Under the pieces are notes generated by a model. That model did not search any database, was not told the DNA's origin, and saw only the letters and a program-made list of their open reading frames with translations. Below, in pieces: positions 38,901-50,632 of a DNA stretch of 64,000 nt. Made by a program: the position numbers and the translations under genes. Numbering within the stretch: the stretch's first letter is position 1; every line of letters begins with the position of its first letter. The DNA comes from Mobula hypostoma (lineage: Eukaryota). The stretch covers positions 27,158,001 through 27,222,000 of the forward strand of contig NC_086097.1 of NCBI RefSeq assembly GCF_963921235.1, written 5' to 3'.

Positions 38901-39855
38901 TTCCAGAAGGCATCAGCTTTCTCAGATGTAAGGTGAGATATTCCTCAAGTTTGAGGTGGGCCTGTTGCAGCATTGCAGTTATTTTTACGATAGCTAACAT
39001 ATCCCTAGCACAATATTTGTCCTTTCTTTCCTAAACATCAAATCCTAGGAGTGCTCACCCACGTGAATAGTTTTCCTCACAATCATCATTTCTTCATACA
39101 AGGATCAGTAGACTATTTGACTGCAGAAGATATCACTACAAACACAAGTCTCGTATAAACTAACCCAACACCATTGTGCCAGGATACCTTCATCAGAAGG
39201 TCAGAGCATGTCTGATGAGAATAGGTTGAGTGAGTGAGGGTTTTTCTCTCTGGAGTGGAGGATAGGATCACTTGATAGTGGTGCAAAGATGATTGGAGGC
39301 ATAGATCGAGTGGATAATCAGAGACATTTTCTCAAGGTGAAAATGGCTAATATGAGGGGCAAAGATATGATCAGAATTAATTGTCATAGAAAACTACAGC
39401 AAGAAACAGGCCCATTTAGTCTGCAATGAACTATTTATCTTCCTCGCCCTATCGATCTGCACCTGGACCACAGCCCTCCCATCCGTGTAAGGAAAGTATA
39501 GAGGGAGGGGATGTCAGAAGTAGGGAGAATGGTGACTGCACGGAACACTCAATGAGAGTGGTGCGACAGGCAGATACATTAGGGGCATTTCAGAAAATTT
39601 TAGATAGGCCCAGGGATGATAGAAAAATGGAGGGCTATATAGGAGGGAAGGGTTAGATTGATTTTAGAGTTGGTTACAAGGGCATGTACTATACTTTGTT
39701 CTTTGTTCTATGACCACAATATTTCAAGAATCAGAATCAGGTTTAATATCACCGGCATGTGTCATGAAATTTGTTAACTTTGTGGCAGCAGTACACTAAA
39801 ATCCATGATAAATATAGAGTAAAACAATTGAATTACAGTAAGTTTATACATGTCA

Positions 39856-41900
39856 AGGTACCATATCTGATGCAGACGTTGGTGACCATGGTTTTCCATA
39901 TAGATCTATCCTTCGTTCTTTGGATGACTTCCATTTCCTCGATGTGTAGCCACCTGGCTAGGCTTTTGATGTACATAAGCCGAGGTCTTCCTCTAGGTTT
40001 GCTCCCCTCGATCTTTCCAGAGAGTATGAGTTTTTCTAGTTCATCTTTCTGCATGATATGTCCTAGGAATCTGAGTTGTCCTTCTCTTATTGTTAGTATG
40101 AGTGTAACTGCTTGTAACCCAGTATAACTGCTTGGGCTCTTCTGAGAACTTCTCCATTTGGTGTGTGTGTGGTCCATGATATTTTTAACATTCTCCTGTA
40201 GAATCATAATTCAGCTGCTTCTAGTCTCTTTTCCATTGCTGGGGAAATGGTCCAGCATTTACTTCCATAAGTCAGGATAGAATAAATGTAGCACTGCAGT
40301 ATTCTGTTTTTAGTGTATGTGCTCATCTTTCTGTCTGTTAATATGGTCTTCATTTTTCAGAAAGCTTCTTTCACCATTGCTATTCTGTATTTGATATCTG
40401 TGTCGCACCTGCCATCACTTGTTATTAGGCTGCCAAGATATCTGAATTTATTGACTTGTTTGATGTTTGTATTTCGGATCTTGGTCACACATTGTGGGAT
40501 GTTTGTCTTTCTGGAGATGACCATGCTTTCTGTCTTCTTGGTGTTGATTGAGAGGCCTCTGCGATTACTTTCTGCTGCCACTATAGTGAGTAGTTCTTGA
40601 AATTTTGTTTCTGAGTCAGCTATTAGTACGATGTCATCAGCATATCTGATGTTATTTATATTATGGCCTCCAATTGTGAATCCTTTGATGTCTTTGATAC
40701 CTCTCAAGATATTTTCACTATACAGGTTAAATAAGTCTGGCGAAAACACACAACCTTGCCTGACTCCTCTCATGATATTCACATACTCACTCACTTCTCC
40801 TTCTATTCTGATGGATGCTGTCTGGTCCCAGTATAAGTTTCTTAAGAAACATATATCTTTCCCATCTATGTCAAGATCTTGAAGCATTTCCAGAAGATCT
40901 TGGTGTCCGACAGTGTCAAAAGCTTTTGTATAGTCAATGAAACATAGGTAGATGTCTTTTTGTACCTGGATGGCTCGTTCACAGATCATCCGTATCATGA
41001 AAATTGCATTTCTGGTTCTAGTGTTTTCCACAAACCCACATTGTTCTTTACTGATTTCTGGTTTTATACAGCATCTTGCTCTCATCATGATTACTCTGAG
41101 AATAATTTTTGCCATGTGGCTCTTCAGGCTTATTGTACGATGTAACTCACATTCTGTTGCTCCCTCTTTCTTTGGAAGTGTGATGAACACTGATTTACTT
41201 AAACCATCAGGTATCTCCCCATGATCATAGATTTCATTTGCTATTTCTGTTATTTTCCCTATTCCAAAATCTTCTAAGGCCAATATCATTTCAACAGCGA
41301 TGTTGTCTGGACCAGTTGCTCTGTTGTGTTTTGCTTTATTTATGGCTGCTTGAATTTCTGATTTTAGAATGCTAGGTCCTTCAAGATTCTTCTTTATGTT
41401 TGATTTTTCTCCTCTTTGGTCTTCAAAAAGTTCTGTCCACCTGTTTAGGGTTTCTTCTTTGCTCATAATTAAGCTGCCGTCTTTTGCCTTGATGCATCCA
41501 CTTGCTGAGCAAGGTAATTTCCCCGTTAGTTCTTTAATCTTACTGTGCATCAACTTTGTTCCAGGGTTATGGGTTTGTAGCATTTCTATCTCTGAGCATT
41601 TCTCATTTAGCCGTCTGTCTTTAGCTTTTCTGCATTTTCTTTTTATTGTTTTATCAAGTTGTTTGTATTCTTTGCTGTCTCTTGGTTTGATGGTCTGTTT
41701 TTGTTGCATCAATTGTATTATATCTTCAGTTATCCATTTCTTCTTACTTTACCATTCTTTTCGTGGGATGGTTTCTTTTGCAGCTTCAACCATGGATTCC
41801 TTCAGTATGTCCCAGAAAGATTTGCCTCCTTCATCCTGCACCAGTTGAAAACGGTTTTTCACCTTGATTGTGTATTCTGTTTTCAGATGAGGGTTGTTTT
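39856..41900 (-). mobile_element. RTE-clade non-LTR retrotransposon, 5'-truncated, RT region largely intact
   Basis: 451-aa ORF 40357-41712 with QCGF, FIDYTKAFD, GVRQGCVFSP and YADD. RTE-type C-terminus (LRFLGHI...GKIEGSKPRGRPR) follows after premature stops and a frameshift. Confidence 0.9.
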
Positions 41901-41911
41901 GTAGTTGTTTA

Positions 41912-43190
41912 TTAAGTAGTTAAAATAAGTAGTGCAAAAAATACAGAAATAAAAAATAGTCAGGTAGTGTTCAGGATTCAATGTCCCTTCAGAAATCGGA
42001 TGGCAGAGGGGAAGAAGCTGTTCCTGAATCGTTGAGTGTGTGCCTTCAGGCTTTTGTACTCCTTCCTGATGGTAAAGATGAGAAGAGTGCATGTTCTGGG
42101 TCATGGGGATCTTTAATGATGGTCGCTGCCTTCCTAAGGCATCACCCCTTGAAGATATCTTGGATACTATGGAGGCTAGTGCCCATGATGGAGCTGACTA
42201 ATTTTACAAGTTTCTGCAACTTACTCTGATCTTGTGCAGTAGCACTCCACCCCCCACCCCAATACCAGATGGTGATGCAACCAGTCAGAATGCTCTCCAC
42301 GGTACATTTGTAAAAGTTTTCAAGTGTTTCAGTTACCAAACCAAATCTCCTCAAACTTCTAATGAAATATAGCCGCTACCTTGTCTTCTTTATAGCTGCA
42401 TCAATATCTTGTGTCCATCTTAGATCCTCAGAGATATTGACACCCAGGAACTTGAAATTACTCACTCTCTCCATTTCTGATCCCTCGATAAGGATTGGAT
42501 TGTGTTCCCTCGTCTTACCCGTTCTGAAGTACACAATCAGCTCTTCGGTCTTGCTGACGTTGAGAGCAAGGTTGTTACTGCAACACCACTCGGCTAACTG
42601 GTATATCTCGCCCCTGAACGCCTTTAAATCACCATCTGAAATTCTGCAGCAATGGTTATATCACCAGCAAATTTAGAGATGGCATTTCGGCAATGTCTAG
42701 CCAGACAGTCATGGCTGCAGAGAGAGTGGAGCAGTCAGCCAAGCACACACCCCTGCGGTGTGCCGGTGTTGATTGTCAGCAGGGTGGAGATTTTATTTCC
42801 AATCTGCACAGATTGTGGTTTTCTGGTTAGGAAGTCGAGGATCCAATTGCAGAGGGAGGTACTGAGGCCTAGGTTCTGTAGCTTTCTGATCAGCACTGTG
42901 GGAATGATGGTGTTAAATATTGAGCTGTAGTCAGTAAACAGCATCCTGACATAGGTATTTGCATTTTCCAGGTGATCCAAGGCCACGTGGAGAGTCATTA
43001 AGATCACATCTGCTGTAGTCCTATTGTGCCGATAGGTAAATCGCAGTGGGTCCAGGTCCTTCCTGAGACAGGTGTTGATTCTGGCCTTGACCAAACTCTC
43101 AAAGCATTTCATCATCGTAGCTGTGAGTGCTGCTGGGCGGTAGTCAGGATAACAGCTCACGCCACTCTCCTTGGGCACTGGTATAATACC
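41912..43190 (-). mobile_element. Rex1/Babar-like LINE; its 3' tail (39728-39850) is displaced by the RTE insertion
   Basis: ORF 42735-43202 ([14 protein letters not shown]...[16 protein letters not shown]...GTPQGCVL). The 3' UTR resumes on the far side of the RTE element. Confidence 0.85.
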
Positions 43191-43758
43191 ACTCACCATC
43201 ATCTTCTAGGTAGACTCAGGGACGAGTAAGAACGCCAGACTGACTGGAAGCACGCAGTAACTAATTTTTTATTTATCTTATTTATAGACACAGTGTGGAG
43301 CAGGCCCTTTCAGCTCAACGAGCTGTGCTGCCCAGCAACCTGCCTTTCAACCCGAGCCTAATCACACGACAATTTACTGAGACCAATTAACCTACTAACT
43401 GGTAGGTCTTTGGAGGGTGGGAGGAAACCGGAGCACCTGGGGGAGTGGGGAGAAGGTACAACCTCCTTACAGGCGGCGGCGGAATTGAATTCTGAGTTCC
43501 GAATTCTCCGAGATGTAGTCGCATCATGTTAACCGCCATGCTGTCATGGTGCCCCATGGCACATGTAAATAAAGCTTTTAGTTTCTTGACATCCACTTTC
43601 TAACAGAGATCACTCACAATGAACAAGTTAGCTTCCCTGAGACTTGCCCAGATTAAGTTCCTGAACACTCAGTAAGTGAAAAAGGATCTAGTGCTCTCCT
43701 GACGTATATGACGAATAAACTCTTCTCGGGCTTCCAGCCAGGTACATGTATCAACTTT

Positions 43759-43801
43759 AACCAACGTTTCGATGACACACTCTGCCATATTCATCAGGGA
43801 C
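43759..43801 (-). ncRNA. Second-family minimal hammerhead ribozyme motif
   Basis: Minus strand: CC-CTGATGA-AT-ATGGCA-GAGTG-TGTCAT-C-GAAA-CG-TT-GG; 6-bp stem II. Confidence 0.6.
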
Positions 43802-43949
43802 GACACCTAGTCCTGTGGTGTTTATACCCCCATCATACATCCCTCCTGAATGATTAGTAGGTGTGTTGGTGATAGTACTTTTTCTTTCAGGCTACTGTTG
43901 TGACTTCTTACAACAGTTCTTTATTTCTTATTTCAGCATAAGAAATATA

Positions 43950-44010
43950 CACTCAGTGGCAACTTTATTAGGTACCTCCAGTGCATCCCTCAGCACGTGC
44001 ACCTAAAAGA
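43950..44010. mobile_element. Tc1-like MITE remnant
   Basis: TA followed by CACTCAGTGGCAACTTTATTAGGTAC, a Tc1-type TIR. Confidence 0.55.
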
Positions 44011-47000
44011 CGAAATAGTCTGCTCCTGCTCCTGTTTCTTAGGATCTTCTGTTTTTATGGCAATCTGCTCCACCCTTCAATGTGATACTACCCTGATCAT
44101 ATATTCTCCTCAGTGTCCAAACAGCTATTGATCCTAATCTTGAATATTAATATTAAGCATCCACGGCTCTCTGCCACAGAAGATTACAGAAATTGCACTC
44201 TGAATAGAAAATTCTCTTCCATTTATTCTTAAATATCCAATCAGAGTCAGAATCAGGTTTATTATCACTGACGTATTTTGTGCAATTTTGTTGTTTTGTG
44301 GCAGCTATACTGTGCAAGCCATAAACATTATAATGCAAAAGAAGAACAGGGTTCATGGGTTCATGGACCGTTCAGAAATCTGATGGCAGAGAGGAAGAAG
44401 CTGTTCCTAAAACACTGAGTGTGAGTATTCAGACTCCTGTACCCTTTCCCTGATGGTAGTAACGAGAACAGGGCATGTCCCAGCTGCTGAGGGTCCTTAA
44501 TGATGGATGCTGCCTTCTTGAGGGATCATCTTTTGAAAACGTTCTCGATGGTGGGGAGGGTTGTGCCTGTGATGGAGCTGGCTGAATCTACAACCTCTGT
44601 TTTAGATCCTTCACTCTGACAAAATAGTTAGGCCAATTCCAGTCCAAATCTTGTGTGCCTCTTTATTTTTAACTTCAGTTTACTTCCTCTTCTTGAGAAT
44701 CTGGACTGCAGGTACTTGAAGGTGAGTATCTCAGTCCTGTTGTCTGGAGGTGCAGCTGTCTTGCTGCTCCAGTGATCCGGGTTCGATCCAGACCTCGGGT
44801 GCTGCCAGTGCAGCTTTGTGTGTTTCCGGGTTTGATCCGGGTTCAATCCAGACCTCGGGCGCTGCCAGTGCAGCTTTGTGTATTTCCCCTGTGACCACAT
44901 GGGTGTCTTTCAGCTGTCCTAATTTCCCCCCACATCCTGAAAACATGCAGCTAGCCACAGTAGATTGCCATTAACGTGTAAACGTATAGTAGAAACTCGA
45001 TGGATGAGGTGAATATGTGGAGAATAAACCGGGACTGGTCTAGGATAGGGCGAAGGGTAGTACAGCGATTAACATGACAGTATCACAGCTCAGGGCATTC
45101 TAGATAGTTCAGAGTTCAATTCCTGCAATGTTCTGTCGGGAGTCTCTGTGCATCCTCCCTGTGAAATACATGTTCTCCGGTTTCCACCCACAGTCCAAAG
45201 ATGTGCTGGGTAAGTTAATCGATCACTTTAAATTGTCCCATGATTAGGTTAGGGTTAATCGGGGTTGTGGGATTGCTGGGGCAGTGTGGCTCGAAAGGCC
45301 AGAAGGGCCTAGTCCATGCTGTATTGCTAAATAAATAAATGGTAACTTTGCCAACACTGCGCACATCCTGAGAATAAATACAGAGAGCAATCTAGAGAGT
45401 CTCCACAAAGAACTACAGAGTCATAGGACGCTATAGCACAGAAACAGGTCCTTTGGCTCATTTAATCCATAACAAATATTATTCTGCCTGCACCTGGACC
45501 ATGGTCCTCCTTACCTCTCCCATCTATGTATTTATCCAAACATCTCTTAAATGTTACAATCAAATCCACATCCGCCACTTCCACTGGCAGCCCGTTCCAC
45601 ACTCTCACCGCCCTTTGAGTGAATCTCACCCAACCTCAGTAGAAAAAGCCTGATTGCATTTGATGCTCATGTGCCTATTTACACCCCTCATAGGGTAAAT
45701 ACAATCGGGTAGGGTTAATGCATTACGTATACACATAATGAAGATGTCTCTGATGCCCTACAAAGGGCAAGAGAGAGGACAAGAAGGTAAGATGCTTTGT
45801 AGTGTGGGATAGCTTGAAGTTATCCATGCTGTGCTTTTGCATATCTAATCCCGAACAAAGGCAAACTCAGCACTCAGCTTTCAAATTACTTGCTGAACCT
45901 GCACGTACACTTTTGATGTCAAGCCAAACACCAGCTGCGTCTCCTACCATTTAAAAAATATACTGTCTTACCAAAGTGGATAACATGCTTTCCCATGTCT
46001 GTCTTATTTCCTACAAACACCCTCTGTACACTCATTATTTGTAGATCACTATAGCCAGCATGGTGTGTGGGTACTTGAATCAAAAGCACCTTCGAATACA
46101 CTCTAAAATGGCTCAACAAACATGAACGCAAGAGGTTCTGCAGGTGCTGGAAATCCAAACTAACACAAGCAAAATGCTGGAGGAACTCAGCAAGTCAGGC
46201 AGCATCAATGGAGAGGTATAAACAGTTGACATTTGGGGCCAAGACCCTTCATCAATAAGGATAGAGAGGAACTGTCAATGTTTCGAATTGAATCCCCACA
46301 CCGTTTTGATCCAGGGTCCTGAGCCAAAATGTTAACAGTCCGTCCACCCTGCCACAGATGTTGCAGACCTGCCTGTCTTCCTCCAGTAGGTTGTTTATTG
46401 TTTCAGATTCCAGCACCTGTAGGCTCTTGCAACTCCATGAACAAGAATAGTGTAGATTATCTAAGTTTAATGAGCAGCAAAAAGACCTTTGGGCCTCACT
46501 GAGACTTATCAAATAACAAAAAGCCTAAATAGAGGGGATGTGGAGAGGATGCTTCCAATAGTGGGGGAGTCTAGCACCAGAGAGCACAGCCTCACAATAG
46601 AGGGATATATCTTTAGAACAGAGATGAGAGGAATTTCTTTAGCCAGAGGGTGGGTGAATCTGTGGAATTCATTACCACAGGTGGCTATGGAGGCCAAGTC
46701 ATTGGGTATATTTAAAGCGGAGGTTGATAGGTTATTGATTAGTAAGAGTGTCAAATGTTATGGGAAGAATGGCGAGGGATAATAAATCAGAGACGCTGAA
46801 AAGGCAGAGCAGATTTAATGGACCAAATAGTGTAATTCTGCTCCTATGTCTTATAGTGTTATAGCCTAATACTTATAAGACCATAAGACATAGGTACAGA
46901 AATAGGCCACTCAGCCCATCGAGTCTGTTCCACCATTCGATCATGGCTGATTATGGTCCCCATCAAATCTATTCTCCTGCCATCTCCCATAACCTTTGAC

Positions 47001-47567
47001 GCTCACGTGCCTTTAGATTTCACCTCCACCTATGTTACCTTTCATTACAGGTTCGTCTTAAAGCTATGCACTCTTCCTGTTTTGAAGATTCTTTCAAATT
47101 TCTGTGGATGTATAGTGGAGACCATTCTGATTGGTTACTTCACAGCCTGGTGTGGAGCCTCCAATGTACAGGATCACACAGACTACAGACGGTTGTAGAC
47201 TCAACCAGCCCCGTCACAGGTACAAGCTCCCCACTACCAAGGACGGCTTCAAGAGGCGTTGCATCCATCCTTAAAAACCCTCACCATCCTCACTGCCCCC
47301 TTCCCATTACTACCATCAGGAGGAGATGCACGAGTCTGAAGACCAAAATTCGGTGCTTTAACGGCTCTTCCCCTCCATCATCAGATGTGAACAGTCCATG
47401 AACCTATGAAGACAACCTTGTTATTCATCTTTTGCTATATTTATTTATTGTGATTTATAGTAAGTTTTATATCTTGCACTGTTCTGCTGCCACAAAACGA
47501 CGAAGTTCACAGGTGTATGTCTCTGATAATAAACGTCCTTAGACCTGACATTGATTTAGCCCAAAAG

Positions 47568-48214
47568 GCGGGAGGAGAAGATGGCAGCGTGACGCAGCGT
47601 GCGTAGCCTCTCCGGTGAAATGATATGGTATTTGTAAGTAGGACGCCATGCACAATTCTGATTTGATGGAGACAGACGTGAGAAGCACGGCGGAACATCT
47701 GGAGAAACTTCTGAAATGCCCGGTTCGCTGCCGCTGCTACTGTGCAATCGAGGATCTCTGGAGGGAAGGCCCCAAAATCCCCGGCTTTGCCTGCTGCTGG
47801 CAACCGAGGCTGGGGTTGAAGCGTTCAGATAGAGATGGTGCTCGGTGCTCGGTGTCGGACAGCTGATCAGAGCTCCAAGTTTTCGGATGACTCAGAGTCG
47901 GACTGTGGTCGGGCATGGCAGGGAAAGTTTTCTTCCTTCTCCCGTCTGCGTGAGATGTGGGACTTTCGAGAGACTTTGAACTTTTTTTACCATGCCCATG
48001 GCCTGTTCTTCATCAAGTTATGGTATTGCTTGCACTGTTGTAACTATATGTGATAATTATGTGGTTTTTGTCAGTTTTTCAGTCTTGGTCTGTCCTGTGT
48101 TTCTGTGATATCACACCAGAGGAATATTGTATCATTTCTTAATGCATGCATTACTAAATGACAATAAAATGGGACTGCGTGTCCTCATAATCTAATAATC
48201 TAATAATCTAATAA
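47568..48214 (+). mobile_element. CpG-rich non-coding retroposon with Rex/Babar-like 3' end and (TAATCTAA)n tail
   Basis: Starts GGAGGAGAAGATGGCAGCG, ends TGACAATAAA...(taatctaa)3; no credible ORF. Confidence 0.6.
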
Positions 48215-48994
48215 TGATCTTTCCCCAGCAGTGGCTACCAGGAATGAGGGAGGATTTTTACAAATGTAAAGATCAGGGAGTAAAACTCCAACACAACTGC
48301 TGCTAAGACCATAAGACCTTAAGACATAGGAGCAGAATTAGGCCATTTGCCCCATTGAGTCTGCTCCTCCATTCCATCATAGCTGATTTTATTATTCCTC
48401 TCAATCCCATTCTTCCATCTTCTCCTTGTAACCTTTGAAGCCCTTACTAATAAGGAACCCATCAACCCCAACTCTAAATATACACAATGACTTGGCCTCC
48501 ATGACTGCCTGTGGAAATTAATTCCACAGATTCACCACCCTCTGGTTGGAGATTACTCCCTCATCAAAAGCGCCTCAAAGAGTAAGTTAACCCTTGCATT
48601 CCTGGGATCATTCTTGTGAACTTCCTGTGGACCCTCTCCTATGTCAGCACACCCTTTCTGAGATAAGGGGCCCTAAGCTACTCACAATACTCTAAGTGTG
48701 GTCTGATCAATGCCTTATAAAGCCTAGTATTACATCTTGCTTTTATATTCTAGTCCTCTTTTGCTGTTTTTATGATGGTGCATATTAAGATGTGTGAGTG
48801 TAATGCCTTCAACCTACAACTAGATCCTGCTTAAACAATGCTTCAGTTAGAAATTCTTCATCCTTACTTTCATATCTTCCAGAGACTCCCCCATTCCCTC
48901 TCCATAACCTCCTCCCACCCCATAACACACTGGTACAGAAATTCTAATGCACAAAATTCAAAACTTCAAAGTAAATTTATTGCCAAAGTACATG

Positions 48995-49380
48995 TGGGTG
49001 GCGGGGTGGAGAGAGGTCTCTACCGAAGGAGGTGTAAGGCACTCCACTCCTTCCCCCTCCGTTAGCCTGCAGGTCACGCTTGGGCATCTGCTCAGGAACC
49101 CTGCTCCCCCCAACGATCAGGATCACGTGAAGCCATGGGAGCAGGTGGTGGATGGTCGCGTGAGCAGCTGGTGCATATCACACGTCCTGGTGATGTGGCC
49201 ATTGATGCCAGGCAGTCAGTCTCCGAGGAGTATTGATAATGGCTAGCACAATCCGTCTTATAAAGACACTCCCCAGAAGGCAATGGCAAACCACTTCTAC
49301 AGAAAAATTTCCCAAGAGCAATCATGACCATAGACCGCGATTGCCTACATCATACGACATAGCACATAATGACGATAATG
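48995..49380 (+). mobile_element. Non-autonomous element with RTE-type tail; second copy at 27716-28044 (minus)
   Basis: GAAGGCAATGGCAAACCACTTC tail motif typical of RTE/BovB 3' ends; two homologous copies; approximate TSD aaagtacat/aaagtatat. Confidence 0.65.
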
Positions 49381-49655
49381 ACATAAAGTATATGTCACCA
49401 TATACAACCCCGAGTTTCATTTTCTTGTGGGCATACTCAATAAATCCATAATAATCTACAGGAGATGTTGCCTCAACAATAGGCTTCTATCAAGCCTCTG
49501 GTACCTTCCTCCTTCTCTTTCCTCCATGGTCTACTCTTCTCTCCTATATGATCCTCACCCAGCTTCCCCCTCGCCTAGTTTCACCTATCACCTGCCAGCA
49601 TGTACTCCTTCCTGTCCCCCAACCTTTTATTCTGGGTTCTTCCCTTTTCCTTTCC

Positions 49656-49691
49656 AGTCCTGATGAAAGGTCTCGGCCTGAAATGTCAACC
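49656..49691 (+). ncRNA. Minimal type-I hammerhead ribozyme motif (core intact, stem I decayed)
   Basis: AGTC-CTGATGA-A-AGG-TCTCGG-CCT-GAAA-TG-TC-AACC; predicted cleavage after 49687. Confidence 0.65.
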
Positions 49692-50564
49692 ATTTATTCC
49701 CTTCCATAGATGCTGCCTGACCTGCTGAGTTCCTCCAGCATTTTGTGCGTGTTGCTCTGGATTTCCACCATCTACAGAATCTCTTGCGTGTCTATTGTCA
49801 AGGACCCCTCCCCCATCCAGGTCATGCCGTCTTCTCACTGCTACCGTCAAGCAGGAAGCAGAGGAGCCTACAGTCCCAACCGCCATGTTTAGGAAGAGCT
49901 ACTTTCCTTCAGTCATCAGGTTCTGATCCTGATGACACAACTCTAACCCTACCTCAGCAATGGAACAGTGCAGTTGCTTGCACTAACATGGACTTCGGCT
50001 GTGTCTTTATTTCTGGTCTTGTTTACACACTGTTTTTTCACTATCTTGCATAAATTTCATGTATAATTTATGTCTGTGCCTACCTGCCTGTGATGCTGCA
50101 GCAAGCAAGCTTTGCATTGTACTCCACCTCACTGTACTTGTGCACATGGTTAAACTTGAGTTTGACTTGACTTGAGATTCTGGTGTCTTCTGAATCCTTC
50201 CACCTTTATCAGCCTTGCCTTCAGCTACCTAGGTCCCACGTGCTGGGGTTCTCTTAAACCTCTCAAGCCTAACTCTCTTCCCCCAGTTCCATCTCTCTTC
50301 CCTCAGTTTTCCTCTCTCTCCCTCCATCCCTTATGACGTCCCTGTGAACAGTTTTTGATGACATTCCTGTGAACAGTGCCACGATTGTACAGATAAGAAA
50401 CTGTCCTATTTACCAGCTACTACCATAGGATTCCCAGGAGCTTGGAAAGTTGGTATTGAAAGGAGGCATAAGTCACTATTTTATCCAGTGAATGTCTTTT
50501 TGAGCAAACCTTATAAGCCACGAAGGATACAAACTCTCCCCATCTCCTCATCATCTCCCCAGAG

Positions 50565-50632
50565 CAGGGGTTCCCAACCTGTGGTCCACAAACCCCTTGC
50601 TTAATAGTGGCGAATAAAAGGTTGGGAACCTG
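50565..50632. mobile_element. hAT/Charlie-type MITE (68 bp)
   Basis: TIRs CAGGGGTTCCCAACCT / AGGTTGGGAACCTG; decayed 8-bp flanks ccccagag/tcttagag. Confidence 0.7.
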
